Positions 19,901-27,691 of a DNA stretch of 64,000 bases are shown here, piece after piece. The notes beneath the pieces are model-generated. The model was not told the DNA's origin. It did no database searches and saw nothing but the letters and a program-made list of their open reading frames with translations. Numbering within the stretch: position 1 is the stretch's first letter; the number at the start of each line of letters is the position of its first letter. Source of the DNA: a virus; IMG/VR virus record IMGVR_UViG_3300031957_002648, positions 12,088-76,087 of that record. One strand, 5' to 3'. The position numbers were made by a program, and so were the translations under genes.

Positions 19901-20808
19901 AAATCACCAAGCATTTCTTGGAACTTCTGCAGATCTGGATGAATGTCATCGTCATCAAATGTGGTTGACGCAGGCCCTGCGGCAGCTACTGAAGCAACCT
20001 CTTTCTGCCAGTTGTCCTCTTCATCCTCAACCTCGGGATCCATCTTAGGAGCAGGAGGTGCGGTGTTGAGTACAGTATTCATGCGCTGAGTTAGTTCTTC
20101 GTAAGACTTGAACTTATCAGCAGCAATGATTTCTGCAAGAGAATGGCATTGGTTCCAGATTCCTTCCATTGCATCATCGTCATCTAGAAGAGATGCAGGA
20201 TTGGCAAAGGAAGAGTCATCGTAGTTCCAGTATCCACCAACTTTCTTGATCTTGATCTTGAAGTTGGCACCAGTCCAGAGATCAAAGGCATTGATGGGAG
20301 TCTCATCCTCATACTTGGGTTGCATGGCAGCCATGATCTTCTCATGGATCTTCTCGCCATACTTGTAGAGGAAGACCTTACCTTCATTCTCAGGATTAGC
20401 AGAATCCTTAACAACATAGATGTTGCTGTAGTAAGACTTCTTACGCTTACGATCACTCACAACGTCTTTGACGTGCTGAGGAACAGAGCGATAGTCTCCG
20501 CCATGCTGATTCACTAGAGCACGGTTTGCATCGGCAACTGGATCTTTCTGACCGATGGTGGTGAGACAGTTCTCAAAGTAAGTGCCACCGTCACCCTTGA
20601 AATAGTGAGTGAACAGTTTTACAAAAGGCATGTCCTCTCCATCAGGAGCGGGGAGGAAACGAATGACTGCATAACCATTACCTGCTTTGTCTACTACAGG
20701 TTTCCAGAATCGCTCATCTTTGTTTGATTCTGATTTCTCTACTGCCTGAATCAGTTTTTCAGTCAGATTGCCGAGACTAGATTGCTTTTTAAGATCTTTG
20801 AAAGACAT
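19897..20808 (-). CDS. gp32: Single-stranded DNA-binding protein gp32
   Basis: DERFWKP...GNGYAVIRFLP...ENCLTTIG...YWNYDDSSF; acidic tail. Confidence 0.95.
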   Translation of the reverse strand: MSFKDLKKQSSLGNLTEKLIQAVEKSESNKDERFWKPVVDKAGNGYAVIRFLPAPDGEDMPFVKLFTHYFKGDGGTYFENCLTTIGQKDPVADANRALVNQHGGDYRSVPQHVKDVVSDRKRKKSYYSNIYVVKDSANPENEGKVFLYKYGEKIHEKIMAAMQPKYEDETPINAFDLWTGANFKIKIKKVGGYWNYDDSSFANPASLLDDDDAMEGIWNQCHSLAEIIAADKFKSYEELTQRMNTVLNTAPPAPKMDPEVEDEEDNWQKEVASVAAAGPASTTFDDDDIHPDLQKFQEMLGDF

Positions 20809-20847
20809 TGTGTTTGGCCTGTGGGTTTACTTGTGTGTTGCTTGACT

Positions 20848-20876
20848 ATTATAAGGGATTTGGGATCACTCGTCAA
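20848..20876 (-). promoter_or_regulatory. Sigma70-type promoter of gp32
   Basis: TTGACG-N17-TATAAT followed by an unstructured A/C-rich leader. Confidence 0.8.
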
Positions 20877-21198
20877 GCATCTGATCCCTGATGTTTTGAA
20901 GTTCTTCTCGCATCTCACTGAAAACAGAGTTTACATCCATACCATCCCAACCCATCATGGAGATGAATTCTTGGATGGCCTCTTTTCTTTCCTCCGCATC
21001 TGGATCATCGCTCAGACTCATGCGAATATACATGGACTGTTGCAATTCTAGAAGTTCTTCTAGTTTTTCCAAATGTTCTACTTTTTGCTCCGGCGTAGGA
21101 TAAAGATTGCCGGAAATTTCAGAAAAAATTTCTCGTTGGAGCGAATCTATTTTATCCAATTGTTCTCGCACAATTGGCGAGTCCATAAATTTTCCCAT
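20866..21198 (-). CDS. Conserved cyanophage protein (DUF1825-like)
   Basis: FMDSPIVRE...QQSMYIRMSLSDDPDA motif. Confidence 0.75.
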   Translation of the reverse strand: MGKFMDSPIVREQLDKIDSLQREIFSEISGNLYPTPEQKVEHLEKLEELLELQQSMYIRMSLSDDPDAEERKEAIQEFISMMGWDGMDVNSVFSEMREELQNIRDQMLDE

Positions 21199-21221
21199 AC
21201 TGATACAAAATCCCGTAATAT

Positions 21222-21476
21222 TTAGATAGGTAGCCGAGCCTTGGATGTTTTCTTAATATAATTAAGACGAATTGCATCCCATTTCAGTTTTTCTTTCAAT
21301 GGTTTTGTCACCAGTTTTGAAACAGACTCTACCTCAATATTATTATTATCGCAAAACAATACGATAGCATCAATGTAATTGATTTTTTCCTTTAGAACAA
21401 TAGATTCAATTTCTTGAGCAAACTTTTCTGCTGTTAAAAATTTTCTACTAAGTTCTTCTCTTAGTTCATTGTTCAT
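21222..21476 (-). CDS. gp33: Late promoter transcription coactivator gp33
   Basis: KFAQEIESIV...NYIDAIV...KPLKEKLKWDA...RLPI; start moved to MNNELREE. Confidence 0.88.
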   Translation of the reverse strand: MNNELREELSRKFLTAEKFAQEIESIVLKEKINYIDAIVLFCDNNNIEVESVSKLVTKPLKEKLKWDAIRLNYIKKTSKARLPI

Positions 21477-22143
21477 GATGTTCCCGATACCGTCTGAGAT
21501 AGTTGACCAGTAGGTTAGCGTATTTTTTCTTGTCGTATTCTTCATAGACTACACAATCTCCATTCTCGCATGACATGATAATCACAAATTTCTTTACCAT
21601 TATACCAGTAAGTTCGTATAACATGCAAGCATATGCTGCACATTGTACAAAGTAATGGTCAATCCATTCTCTAGGTTTCTCTTTTTTGCTGGTTTTGAAG
21701 TCAATAATGGCAAGTTCACCATTATATTCTGCAATACAGTCTACTGTTCCAGCAACACCAAGCCCAAGACTATACAGGGGTTGTTCTAGACAATGAATGT
21801 TGTCTATCTTCTTAAGTTCATCCTTTGCAATGAGATATAGAAACTCAGACAAAGGTTGAACTGATCCAGTTGGAAGTTCATCATTCTTGAGCAGATGTTC
21901 AATTAGAGTATGAGTATCAGTACCACGACTCGCTGCTCTAGTTGTGATCTTGTTTGCCTCTTCTTCACCTACACGTTTTCTCCAAGAAGAAAACTTGTCT
22001 CTGTTAATCCAGCTTATAACTGAAGTAACAGAGACAAGATGTTTTAGTGTATTATTTTCAGGCACAACGTAGTGCCTGACTCCATTAATTTCTTTCCTCT
22101 TCGGTTTAGGAGGAAAATCAACATTCACATGATTAAAACTCAC
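21466..22143 (-). CDS. PD-(D/E)XK exonuclease
   Basis: SVTSVI...RGTDTH...AGTVDCIAEY...IIDFKTS...YFVQCAAYA. Confidence 0.88.
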   Translation of the reverse strand: MSFNHVNVDFPPKPKRKEINGVRHYVVPENNTLKHLVSVTSVISWINRDKFSSWRKRVGEEEANKITTRAASRGTDTHTLIEHLLKNDELPTGSVQPLSEFLYLIAKDELKKIDNIHCLEQPLYSLGLGVAGTVDCIAEYNGELAIIDFKTSKKEKPREWIDHYFVQCAAYACMLYELTGIMVKKFVIIMSCENGDCVVYEEYDKKKYANLLVNYLRRYREHHEQ

Positions 22144-22895
22144 AAATCAAGTTCCTCCTTTGCAACTAAGTATTCTTTAACAAGACCAGACCGAACAATA
22201 TCATCAGTATTGAATTCCACCAATTCAAACGAAGACATTCTTCGTAAAATATTCATGAAACTGTCAATACCATTTCGTTCATTCTGTTTGACTAAATCCG
22301 ATTGTTTTGCGTCACCACAGAAAATAATTCTAGTATTTTCACCGACACGGGTAATAATAGAATCTAGCTCATGGAAATTGAGGTTTTGAAACTCATCAAT
22401 AATGAGAATAGCATTATCAAACGTTGTTCCACGAATAAATGATGTGCTCCAGAAACTGATTGTCTCTTGTTCTTTTAGTTTACCATAAAGCATGTCATAG
22501 TCAACATCTGTATCTAGATCAAACATACTTTGAACCATGTTCTTATATGGAATTTGATACAAAGATGACTTATCCTCATGATCTCCAGGAAGAAAACCAA
22601 TTTCTCTCGTAGCTACAAGAGACCTTACAAGATAGATTTTTTCTGCGGGAGTAATTTCATTAAAAACATCCCTCAACGCATTGTAAAGTGCAATAAAAGT
22701 TTTTCCAGTTCCTGCAGATCCATAAGCTACAAGGTGTTTTCCCTCGTCAAATGCTTCAAAGAATTTTTTTTGATTATCTGTCAGAGGAACGATTCTATCT
22801 AATTTATCAGAATCGATTGGTTTTTTGCGGCGCATTTGTTTAGCCGAAAGACCAACTCCGACATTGGAACTAGACCTCTTTTTTCTTGCTGGCAT
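22140..22895 (-). CDS. phoH: PhoH-family ATPase
   Basis: GSAGTGKT, IGFLPG, FIRGTTF, IIDEFQN, GDAKQSD, DIVRSGLV. Confidence 0.95.
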   Translation of the reverse strand: MPARKKRSSSNVGVGLSAKQMRRKKPIDSDKLDRIVPLTDNQKKFFEAFDEGKHLVAYGSAGTGKTFIALYNALRDVFNEITPAEKIYLVRSLVATREIGFLPGDHEDKSSLYQIPYKNMVQSMFDLDTDVDYDMLYGKLKEQETISFWSTSFIRGTTFDNAILIIDEFQNLNFHELDSIITRVGENTRIIFCGDAKQSDLVKQNERNGIDSFMNILRRMSSFELVEFNTDDIVRSGLVKEYLVAKEELDL

Positions 22896-22905
22896 AGGAA
22901 ATTTA

Positions 22906-23154
22906 CTAGATTTTTTTTACTCTGGAACCGGGAGATTTTGCTGCTCGGCCGAGCACTTCATTCCATCCGGGATTTTTGCTGACAAGTTTATCTCTCCACT
23001 CACCCACCTCACAGGCAGATGGTGCAGTAGAGGGATCCGACCAATCCCTTTGCCAATCTGGGTTCTCATCACACCACTTTGTCCATGCATGTACGCTGAG
23101 ACGAACCTCTTTCTGTTCACCAGTTTTGGTGTTCACTACGGGGTATGTTGCCAT
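22906..23154 (-). CDS. Conserved cyanophage hypothetical protein (82 aa)
   Basis: MATYPVVNTKTGEQKE...GWNEVL type small protein between thyX and phoH. Confidence 0.75.
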   Translation of the reverse strand: MATYPVVNTKTGEQKEVRLSVHAWTKWCDENPDWQRDWSDPSTAPSACEVGEWRDKLVSKNPGWNEVLGRAAKSPGSRVKKI

Positions 23155-23173
23155 AAGTTAGAATCTCCACATA

Positions 23174-23824
23174 TTATTTAGTGTGCTCAGTCCACCCCAT
23201 TGCTTCCGCGATTGTAGGAAACTCACCAGCAAAAGTACACTTACATTGATTGGCAATATCCATATGCTCTTTCTGTGTGCCATTGGCCGAGCGTAAATCA
23301 ATGTAATGCATCCAAGACCTAAGTGTTCCAGTCATGTAGATCCTAGTGGGCGTGGCTAGGGGCAAAACGAACCTTGCACACTCCTTTGCAATTCCCAGAT
23401 CAAGCATCTGCTTGTAGATACTCATAGCAGAATCAAAGTGTCGCTTGATAACGATCTCCAGTTCCTGCTTGGTGAAAGGATCAACATCATCAATAGAATT
23501 TTGACGATTCTTTGTGTCTTGACGACGTAGTTCAAACATAGGAATCTTATCGGCAAGCAGAGAGGAATCTGCATACCGTTGAGAAAACTCCTGAAATGTA
23601 AAGGACCTATGTCGAAGAATTTGGGCTGCGATTCCTCTAGTAGTGTTGATCTCTAGAGTCATAGAAGCCTGCTCAAAGATACTCCAGTGCTTGTGTTTAA
23701 TACAATACCGGAGCAATCCTGCGCTATTCTCGTTGTCTTGATTTGCTGGGTTGCTTACTCTTGCACAGTATGCAATAAGTGCCTCAGCATCGGGAGTCTT
23801 TGAGATCAGTTTGACATTTTCCAT
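23174..23824 (-). CDS. thyX: FAD-dependent thymidylate synthase
   Basis: HWSIFEQ, QILRHRSFTFQEFSQRY, ECARFVLP. Confidence 0.95.
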   Translation of the reverse strand: MENVKLISKTPDAEALIAYCARVSNPANQDNENSAGLLRYCIKHKHWSIFEQASMTLEINTTRGIAAQILRHRSFTFQEFSQRYADSSLLADKIPMFELRRQDTKNRQNSIDDVDPFTKQELEIVIKRHFDSAMSIYKQMLDLGIAKECARFVLPLATPTRIYMTGTLRSWMHYIDLRSANGTQKEHMDIANQCKCTFAGEFPTIAEAMGWTEHTK

Positions 23825-23936
23825 TCTGTTTTTTCAAGTCACGTTGTTTCTTAATTAGTCTAGCATACTGTAGATCACCATCAGTAAATAATTCAGGATG
23901 TTTGATTATGTATTTGATGGCTTTTTTGGTTTTCAT
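23784..23936 (-). CDS. Small hypothetical protein (50 aa)
   Basis: MKTKKAIKYIIKHPELFTDGDLQYARLIKK...; fills the gap and has an ATGA overlap with the upstream gene. Confidence 0.6.
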   Translation of the reverse strand: MKTKKAIKYIIKHPELFTDGDLQYARLIKKQRDLKKQNGKCQTDLKDSRC

Positions 23937-24247
23937 CGTTTACCTTTTTTCTTGGAGTCTGGTGGTTGATAACCGTATAGTTTCGGTTTCACAGTGCCCT
24001 TTGTCCACTCAAAAGAAATTAAGTTAGTTTTGAACTTGTCATAATACATATCAAATAATTTGACTTGTTTTCCGCATCGGGCAATATCATAGAATATCTC
24101 TTCATCTACTGAGTATTTAACCAAGTAAGCATCAGTAGGTAAAGACCGGTCTTCAGCGTCAGCTGGACGGCAGTTATGCTTCAGAACTGTACATCCGTAA
24201 ATTTTCTTACAAGTTTGAAGCTCTTCTTCCGTCCACAACTCAACCAT
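23933..24247 (-). CDS. Conserved hypothetical protein
   Basis: DRSLPTDAYLVKY...LFDMYYD...PKLYGY; start moved to MVELW. Confidence 0.75.
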   Translation of the reverse strand: MVELWTEEELQTCKKIYGCTVLKHNCRPADAEDRSLPTDAYLVKYSVDEEIFYDIARCGKQVKLFDMYYDKFKTNLISFEWTKGTVKPKLYGYQPPDSKKKGKR

Positions 24248-24251
24248 TTGG

Positions 24252-24707
24252 TCAATCTCGATTTCTTTCCCAAACGATGTCCTCGTAGGCTTCGGTGACA
24301 ACGTTTTTAGTGATTCTGTATTTCTTTCCAATTTGTTTGTCCTTTACTAAACAAAGAAGTTCTGCTTCATCCTTATGAAGGGATTCCAACAATTCAATAT
24401 AGAGAGATTCTCTACGATTGCGACTAATGTCACGATTTCCGCTCTCAATGAAATTATAGAAAGTCCTATAAGTGCTAGAGAGACGAGAAAGACCGTCTGG
24501 TACGGTGTTATCGTTTGGTGTGTAAGGAACTTCTCCTTCTGGTAAAGCAGATTTGACAGTGGTGTCAAAGTTCCAAATCAAAAGTGAAACTAGCGCAGGA
24601 TTTCTAAATTGCCTTAGAATATCTACTTTTTCCTTTTTAGTCTTTGCGCTAGATACTGCTTGCAGAATTTCGCTCTGCATTGGGTTGGGTGGTAATCGTT
24701 TAGCCAT
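24252..24707 (-). CDS. Conserved T4-like hypothetical protein
   Basis: LIWNFD...LPEGEVPY...RRESLYIELLESLHKDEA. Confidence 0.8.
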   Translation of the reverse strand: MAKRLPPNPMQSEILQAVSSAKTKKEKVDILRQFRNPALVSLLIWNFDTTVKSALPEGEVPYTPNDNTVPDGLSRLSSTYRTFYNFIESGNRDISRNRRESLYIELLESLHKDEAELLCLVKDKQIGKKYRITKNVVTEAYEDIVWERNRD

Positions 24708-24721
24708 GGGTAAATACAAAG

Positions 24722-24943
24722 TTAATCTTCATAATAGTCTTCATCTTCAAATGAATTTTCAAACCTAAATGCAATCAATTGGTCTGGAAGTATACCTCCA
24801 GTCTCATCATACATTTCTGGATGCAGATCTTGGGGAACGTTGAAGGCGATTACATTTTCCCGTATAATCCATCCAAAAATTGATCCTGTCAGAAAGGCAC
24901 CAATCATAAGGAAAGTTCCTAATACGAGAGATACTGCTAACAT
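24722..24943 (-). CDS. Small membrane protein
   Basis: N-terminal TM helix, HPEMYDE motif, acidic tail. Confidence 0.7.
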   Translation of the reverse strand: MLAVSLVLGTFLMIGAFLTGSIFGWIIRENVIAFNVPQDLHPEMYDETGGILPDQLIAFRFENSFEDEDYYED

Positions 24944-24954
24944 GGTTACGCCTC

Positions 24955-25137
24955 CTATATCTTTTTTGAATCAAAAGAAAAACTTATTGTGTATTTTCTT
25001 TTGAAAAGTCTAAATCCTAGCTGTAAGTCGATTGTTTTTTTAGGTTTTTGTACTCCATTAAGAATTAGATCTACACCTCTATTTATAGGTATATCAGAGG
25101 ATATTTTCCTCTCTGAAAAATTTTGCGAGGTCAACAC
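24955..25137 (-). CDS. Hypothetical protein (60 aa)
   Basis: INRGVDLIL motif; fits the operon packing. Confidence 0.55.
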   Translation of the reverse strand: MLTSQNFSERKISSDIPINRGVDLILNGVQKPKKTIDLQLGFRLFKRKYTISFSFDSKKI

Positions 25138-25330
25138 ATCCTCCGATTACTTGTCCATCTTTGATAATTTTTGGAAATGTAGATCCTTCACCAAATAAAG
25201 TATAAAACTCATCTTTAGTAAAATCTACATCTAGAGTATACACGATATATTTCTGTTCTGTCAAGTCTAGAAGAGTTTTAGCTTTTATACAGTAAGGACA
25301 ATTTGATTTTGAATAAACTGTAAATGTCAT
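25094..25330 (-). CDS. nrdC: Glutaredoxin
   Basis: YSKSNCPYC...STFPKI...IGGCVD. Confidence 0.92.
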   Translation of the reverse strand: MTFTVYSKSNCPYCIKAKTLLDLTEQKYIVYTLDVDFTKDEFYTLFGEGSTFPKIIKDGQVIGGCVDLAKFFREENIL

Positions 25331-25563
25331 GCATTCACCTCCTTTCTCTTTTTTACGAATTTCAATTCTTTCCAATACTGAGAATAGCAAAGAACGAGAA
25401 CGTGAGTCTTCTTATGAAAAACTACAAGATCATCAGGTTTTTCTTTTACAGCTACCTCAATGGTTATGTAGTCTTTACAAACAAAATAAATCCATCCTTC
25501 AGTTCTGCAACCTAATTCATCTATCCAAATTACATAATCATTAATTTTAGGAATATAGGTCAT
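25327..25563 (-). CDS. Hypothetical protein (78 aa)
   Basis: YIPKINDYVIW...EGWIYF...YITIE; overlaps both neighbours. Confidence 0.7.
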   Translation of the reverse strand: MTYIPKINDYVIWIDELGCRTEGWIYFVCKDYITIEVAVKEKPDDLVVFHKKTHVLVLCYSQYWKELKFVKKRKEVNA

Positions 25564-25753
25564 CTTCCAAATCCAAACGAATTGGTTCTAGATGTTCAAG
25601 AAATGTCCATTTTTCTGGTTCTTTTCCATCGACGACAAATTCAAGAAAAACCGATGTGGCATCATCATGTCGGCCTTCCTCAAAAAGGTGATCTAGTGTT
25701 GTCATGTAGTAGTCTTCGATGACTTCAATGCACTTTTCTTTAGACATTTTCAA
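25547..25753 (-). CDS. Hypothetical protein
   Basis: Coupled ORF in a small-gene run. Confidence 0.6.
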   Translation of the reverse strand: MKMSKEKCIEVIEDYYMTTLDHLFEEGRHDDATSVFLEFVVDGKEPEKWTFLEHLEPIRLDLEDDLYS

Positions 25754-25886
25754 TTTCAGAGAGTAGTTGTTTCAAGTTAGCAATTTCTTCCGAATTTTCT
25801 TTAATTTTATTTTCAAGGTAGGACACCCGTTCCATCATGCTACATTTTAAATTAGCATAAATGTCGGTCTTTTCTTCAGACATCAT
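25740..25886 (-). CDS. Small coiled-coil hypothetical protein
   Basis: MMSEEKTDIYANLK...; coupled. Confidence 0.55.
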   Translation of the reverse strand: MMSEEKTDIYANLKCSMMERVSYLENKIKENSEEIANLKQLLSEIENV

Positions 25887-26052
25887 GATCTTCCCCTTTC
25901 TCAAAACTTTTCCAAAAATCCTCCCAATCAGCTTTACTTGCTTCCTCAATGTCTGCTGAAGGAATCAGCAGATACGGATGAATTTTCTTCACCCAGCGAT
26001 GAAGAGCAAAATATCGCTCTCTCCAAATTGCCGCCTCGTCCATGTGGTCCAT
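25876..26052 (-). CDS. Hypothetical protein
   Basis: MDHMDEAAIWRERYF...; follows an extended -10 TGnTATACT at 26074-26082. Confidence 0.6.
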   Translation of the reverse strand: MDHMDEAAIWRERYFALHRWVKKIHPYLLIPSADIEEASKADWEDFWKSFEKGEDHDV

Positions 26053-26083
26053 ATGCCTTGGATTGCTTCGCCTAGTATAGCAC

Positions 26084-26110
26084 AAAAAAAGAGGGTCGCA
26101 AGACCCTCTT
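26084..26110 (-). terminator. Rho-independent terminator overlapping a promoter
   Basis: AAGAGGGTC-TTGC-GACCCTC followed by T7. Confidence 0.85.
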
Positions 26111-26114
26111 GAAT

Positions 26115-26207
26115 TTATTTATAGAGAAATTTTATTTCTCTATAGATCAGAAACATGATAGCAATACAACCTAGGGATATGATCCCACTAATTTGTAATG
26201 CTTGCAT
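26115..26207 (-). CDS. Small membrane peptide (30 aa)
   Basis: MQALQISGIISLGCIAIMFLIYREIKFLYK*; starts 1 nt after the stop of the DUF4278-like gene. Confidence 0.6.
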   Translation of the reverse strand: MQALQISGIISLGCIAIMFLIYREIKFLYK

Positions 26208-26208
26208 G

Positions 26209-26373
26209 TCACTTAGCGTAAGTGTGACCGCGATAGCAGAATGTGCCGTGAACTTCTTCACCGCTCTGCTTGCACTCATACTCAACACCACGATAGGCTG
26301 TCATAGCAATCTGTGCATCGTGAAGAGCAGAAGCCTTTTGAATCTGCTTTCTGATCATATTGAGTGTGTTCAT
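26209..26373 (-). CDS. DUF4278-like small protein (54 aa)
   Basis: MNTLNMIRKQ...TAYRGVEY...CYRGHTY; AGGAG RBS; downstream of glutamine-aptamer-like RNA. Confidence 0.8.
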   Translation of the reverse strand: MNTLNMIRKQIQKASALHDAQIAMTAYRGVEYECKQSGEEVHGTFCYRGHTYAK

Positions 26374-26433
26374 TGGTAGTCTCCTAAAAGAATGGAAAGT
26401 TAACCTTCTCTGCCGTAGCAGGATCCGTTTTCC

Positions 26434-26721
26434 CGTTCCTTCAGTCGTGTGCGTCCTTGGTATCAAAACAACTGGGTTCAGTATGTTCGATCCATCTTGT
26501 GATGATATCAAACTTCTGAGAAGGAGTAAACAGAGTAGAACTCTGAATTCCTTCTTTTAACCATTCATAGTCTTCACACCGAAGATAATCTTCAGGTGGG
26601 ACATGCATGAATAACACAGTCAGCAGTGATAACATAGGATGAACGCTCCGTTCCGCGACTTACTTGCGTCCTGTGGCGTCTTTCTAGACTATCTGCCTAG
26701 CGACTACCACCCGGATGAACG
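26434..26721 (-). ncRNA. Double glnA-motif (glutamine riboswitch)-like RNA enclosing an ORF
   Basis: CGTTCATCC...GGACGCAAGTAAGTCGCGGAACG-GAG-CGTTCATCC...[ORF]...GGACGCACACGACTGAAGGAACG, matching P1 CGTTC/GAACG and the AGTA/GAAG junction of glutamine aptamers. Confidence 0.75.
26441..26635 (-). CDS. Hypothetical protein nested in the riboswitch-like RNA (64 aa)
   Basis: ATG lies 1 nt after CGTTCATCC; the last codons GAC GCA CAC GAC TGA are aptamer nucleotides. Confidence 0.7.
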   Translation of the reverse strand: MLSLLTVLFMHVPPEDYLRCEDYEWLKEGIQSSTLFTPSQKFDIITRWIEHTEPSCFDTKDAHD

Positions 26722-26728
26722 TATGGCC

Positions 26729-26780
26729 ATTATATGACCTTTCGATTATTTAGTCAAGTATTTTTGTAACATATGATACA
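26729..26780 (-). promoter_or_regulatory. NtcA box plus sigma70 promoter and late promoter
   Basis: TGTA-N8-TACA at 26765-26780; TTGACT-N17-TATAAT (26757-26729); CTAAATA overlaps the -35. Confidence 0.75.
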
Positions 26781-26781
26781 A

Positions 26782-26970
26782 TCACAATTCATAGTCTTTT
26801 GACTCTTCAATCAATTCATCAATAATCGTCTTTTCTCCACCAGCCCTCTTAATTTGTAAAAAGTTGGATTTTGAGAATTTCTTCAATTTTTTATATTTCT
26901 TCAAAAGAGCACTCATACTTTCTTTAGAAATTTCAACGTCAACTTTCTCTACATCAAATCCTTTACTCAT
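26782..26970 (-). CDS. Hypothetical protein (62 aa)
   Basis: MSKGF start, LKKYKKLKK motif. Confidence 0.65.
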   Translation of the reverse strand: MSKGFDVEKVDVEISKESMSALLKKYKKLKKFSKSNFLQIKRAGGEKTIIDELIEESKDYEL

Positions 26971-27041
26971 TTTTGAAAATCCTGTGGCTTGAAAAAATGG
27001 CGGAATAATTTTTCCGAAATATATGGAAGCTAAAGTCGATT

Positions 27042-27206
27042 TTAGCCAGAGAACTCATTTAACATATCTAGTATCTTATTGTATGCATCATGAGCACCAT
27101 CATGCCAATCACCACTTTTGTTTCCATGCACTCCATTATATAATTCATTCTTCATTTTGTAAACTCTTCCTAGTACAGTAGGCTTGTCAATTTGACCTCT
27201 CGCCAT
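27042..27206 (-). CDS. Hypothetical protein (54 aa)
   Basis: MARGQIDKPTVLGRVYKMKNELYNG...WHDGAHDAYNKILDMLNEFSG*; below the track size cut-off. Confidence 0.7.
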   Translation of the reverse strand: MARGQIDKPTVLGRVYKMKNELYNGVHGNKSGDWHDGAHDAYNKILDMLNEFSG

Positions 27207-27417
27207 TGATTCGTTCTGCATTTAGTTTATCTAGGTATTTTCTCTCTTCAATATACAAATGATTGTGATTTTTGTCAATATATATCAGTATTCCCTGATG
27301 TAACTCAGGAATCAGCCATTGATCAATACGATAACAATATTTCCAATTGACTGGTCGAATACAATTCATCACCACGACAGACCAGAATGCCGTTAGATGG
27401 TTGATAATAGTCAGCAT
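27187..27417 (-). CDS. Hypothetical protein (76 aa)
   Basis: FWSVVVMNCIRPVNWKYC motif. Confidence 0.65.
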   Translation of the reverse strand: MLTIINHLTAFWSVVVMNCIRPVNWKYCYRIDQWLIPELHQGILIYIDKNHNHLYIEERKYLDKLNAERINGERSN

Positions 27418-27424
27418 TGATCAG

Positions 27425-27613
27425 TCATGAGAGTGAAGGTAGATTTAGAGTAAGAATAACAAAGATAAAAGCAGAAAATAGAATTGATAATACCACAACA
27501 CCAGCCGTATCAGGGTGTTCAACTGCCCAATCAACAAACCGCGCAACACCGAATGCAAGACAGATTCCAAGAAATACGGAGGAGAGTGCAAGAGATAACA
27601 GTGAAACAGTCAT
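27425..27613 (-). CDS. Two-TM membrane protein
   Basis: Two hydrophobic helices; downstream of a sigma70 promoter. Confidence 0.6.
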   Translation of the reverse strand: MTVSLLSLALSSVFLGICLAFGVARFVDWAVEHPDTAGVVVLSILFSAFIFVILTLNLPSLS

Positions 27614-27635
27614 GAGTTTGATTGATTACGAAGTC

Positions 27636-27672
27636 ATTATACAATAAAAAACCACCCCTGTCAAGGAGTGGT
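27636..27672 (-). terminator. psbD terminator with embedded sigma70 promoter
   Basis: Hairpin ACCAC..AGG/CCT..GTGGT plus T-run; TTGACA (27659-27664) in the loop, N17, TATAAT (27636-27641). Confidence 0.75.
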
Positions 27673-27691
27673 GGACGGTTTGGGAAGTGGT

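Noticed and set aside
21466-22143. Cas4-like nuclease as a CRISPR component
   Set aside because: Standard T4-like cyanophage exonuclease between phoH and gp33; no array or other cas genes
26118-26146. Perfect AT-rich inverted repeat TATAGAGAAAT-N3-ATTTCTCTATA
   Set aside because: Real, but lies inside a small ORF next to a better terminator; no function can be supported
26374-26511. N-terminal extension of the 100-aa track ORF
   Set aside because: Runs through the riboswitch-like RNA; the AGGAG RBS supports the start at 26373
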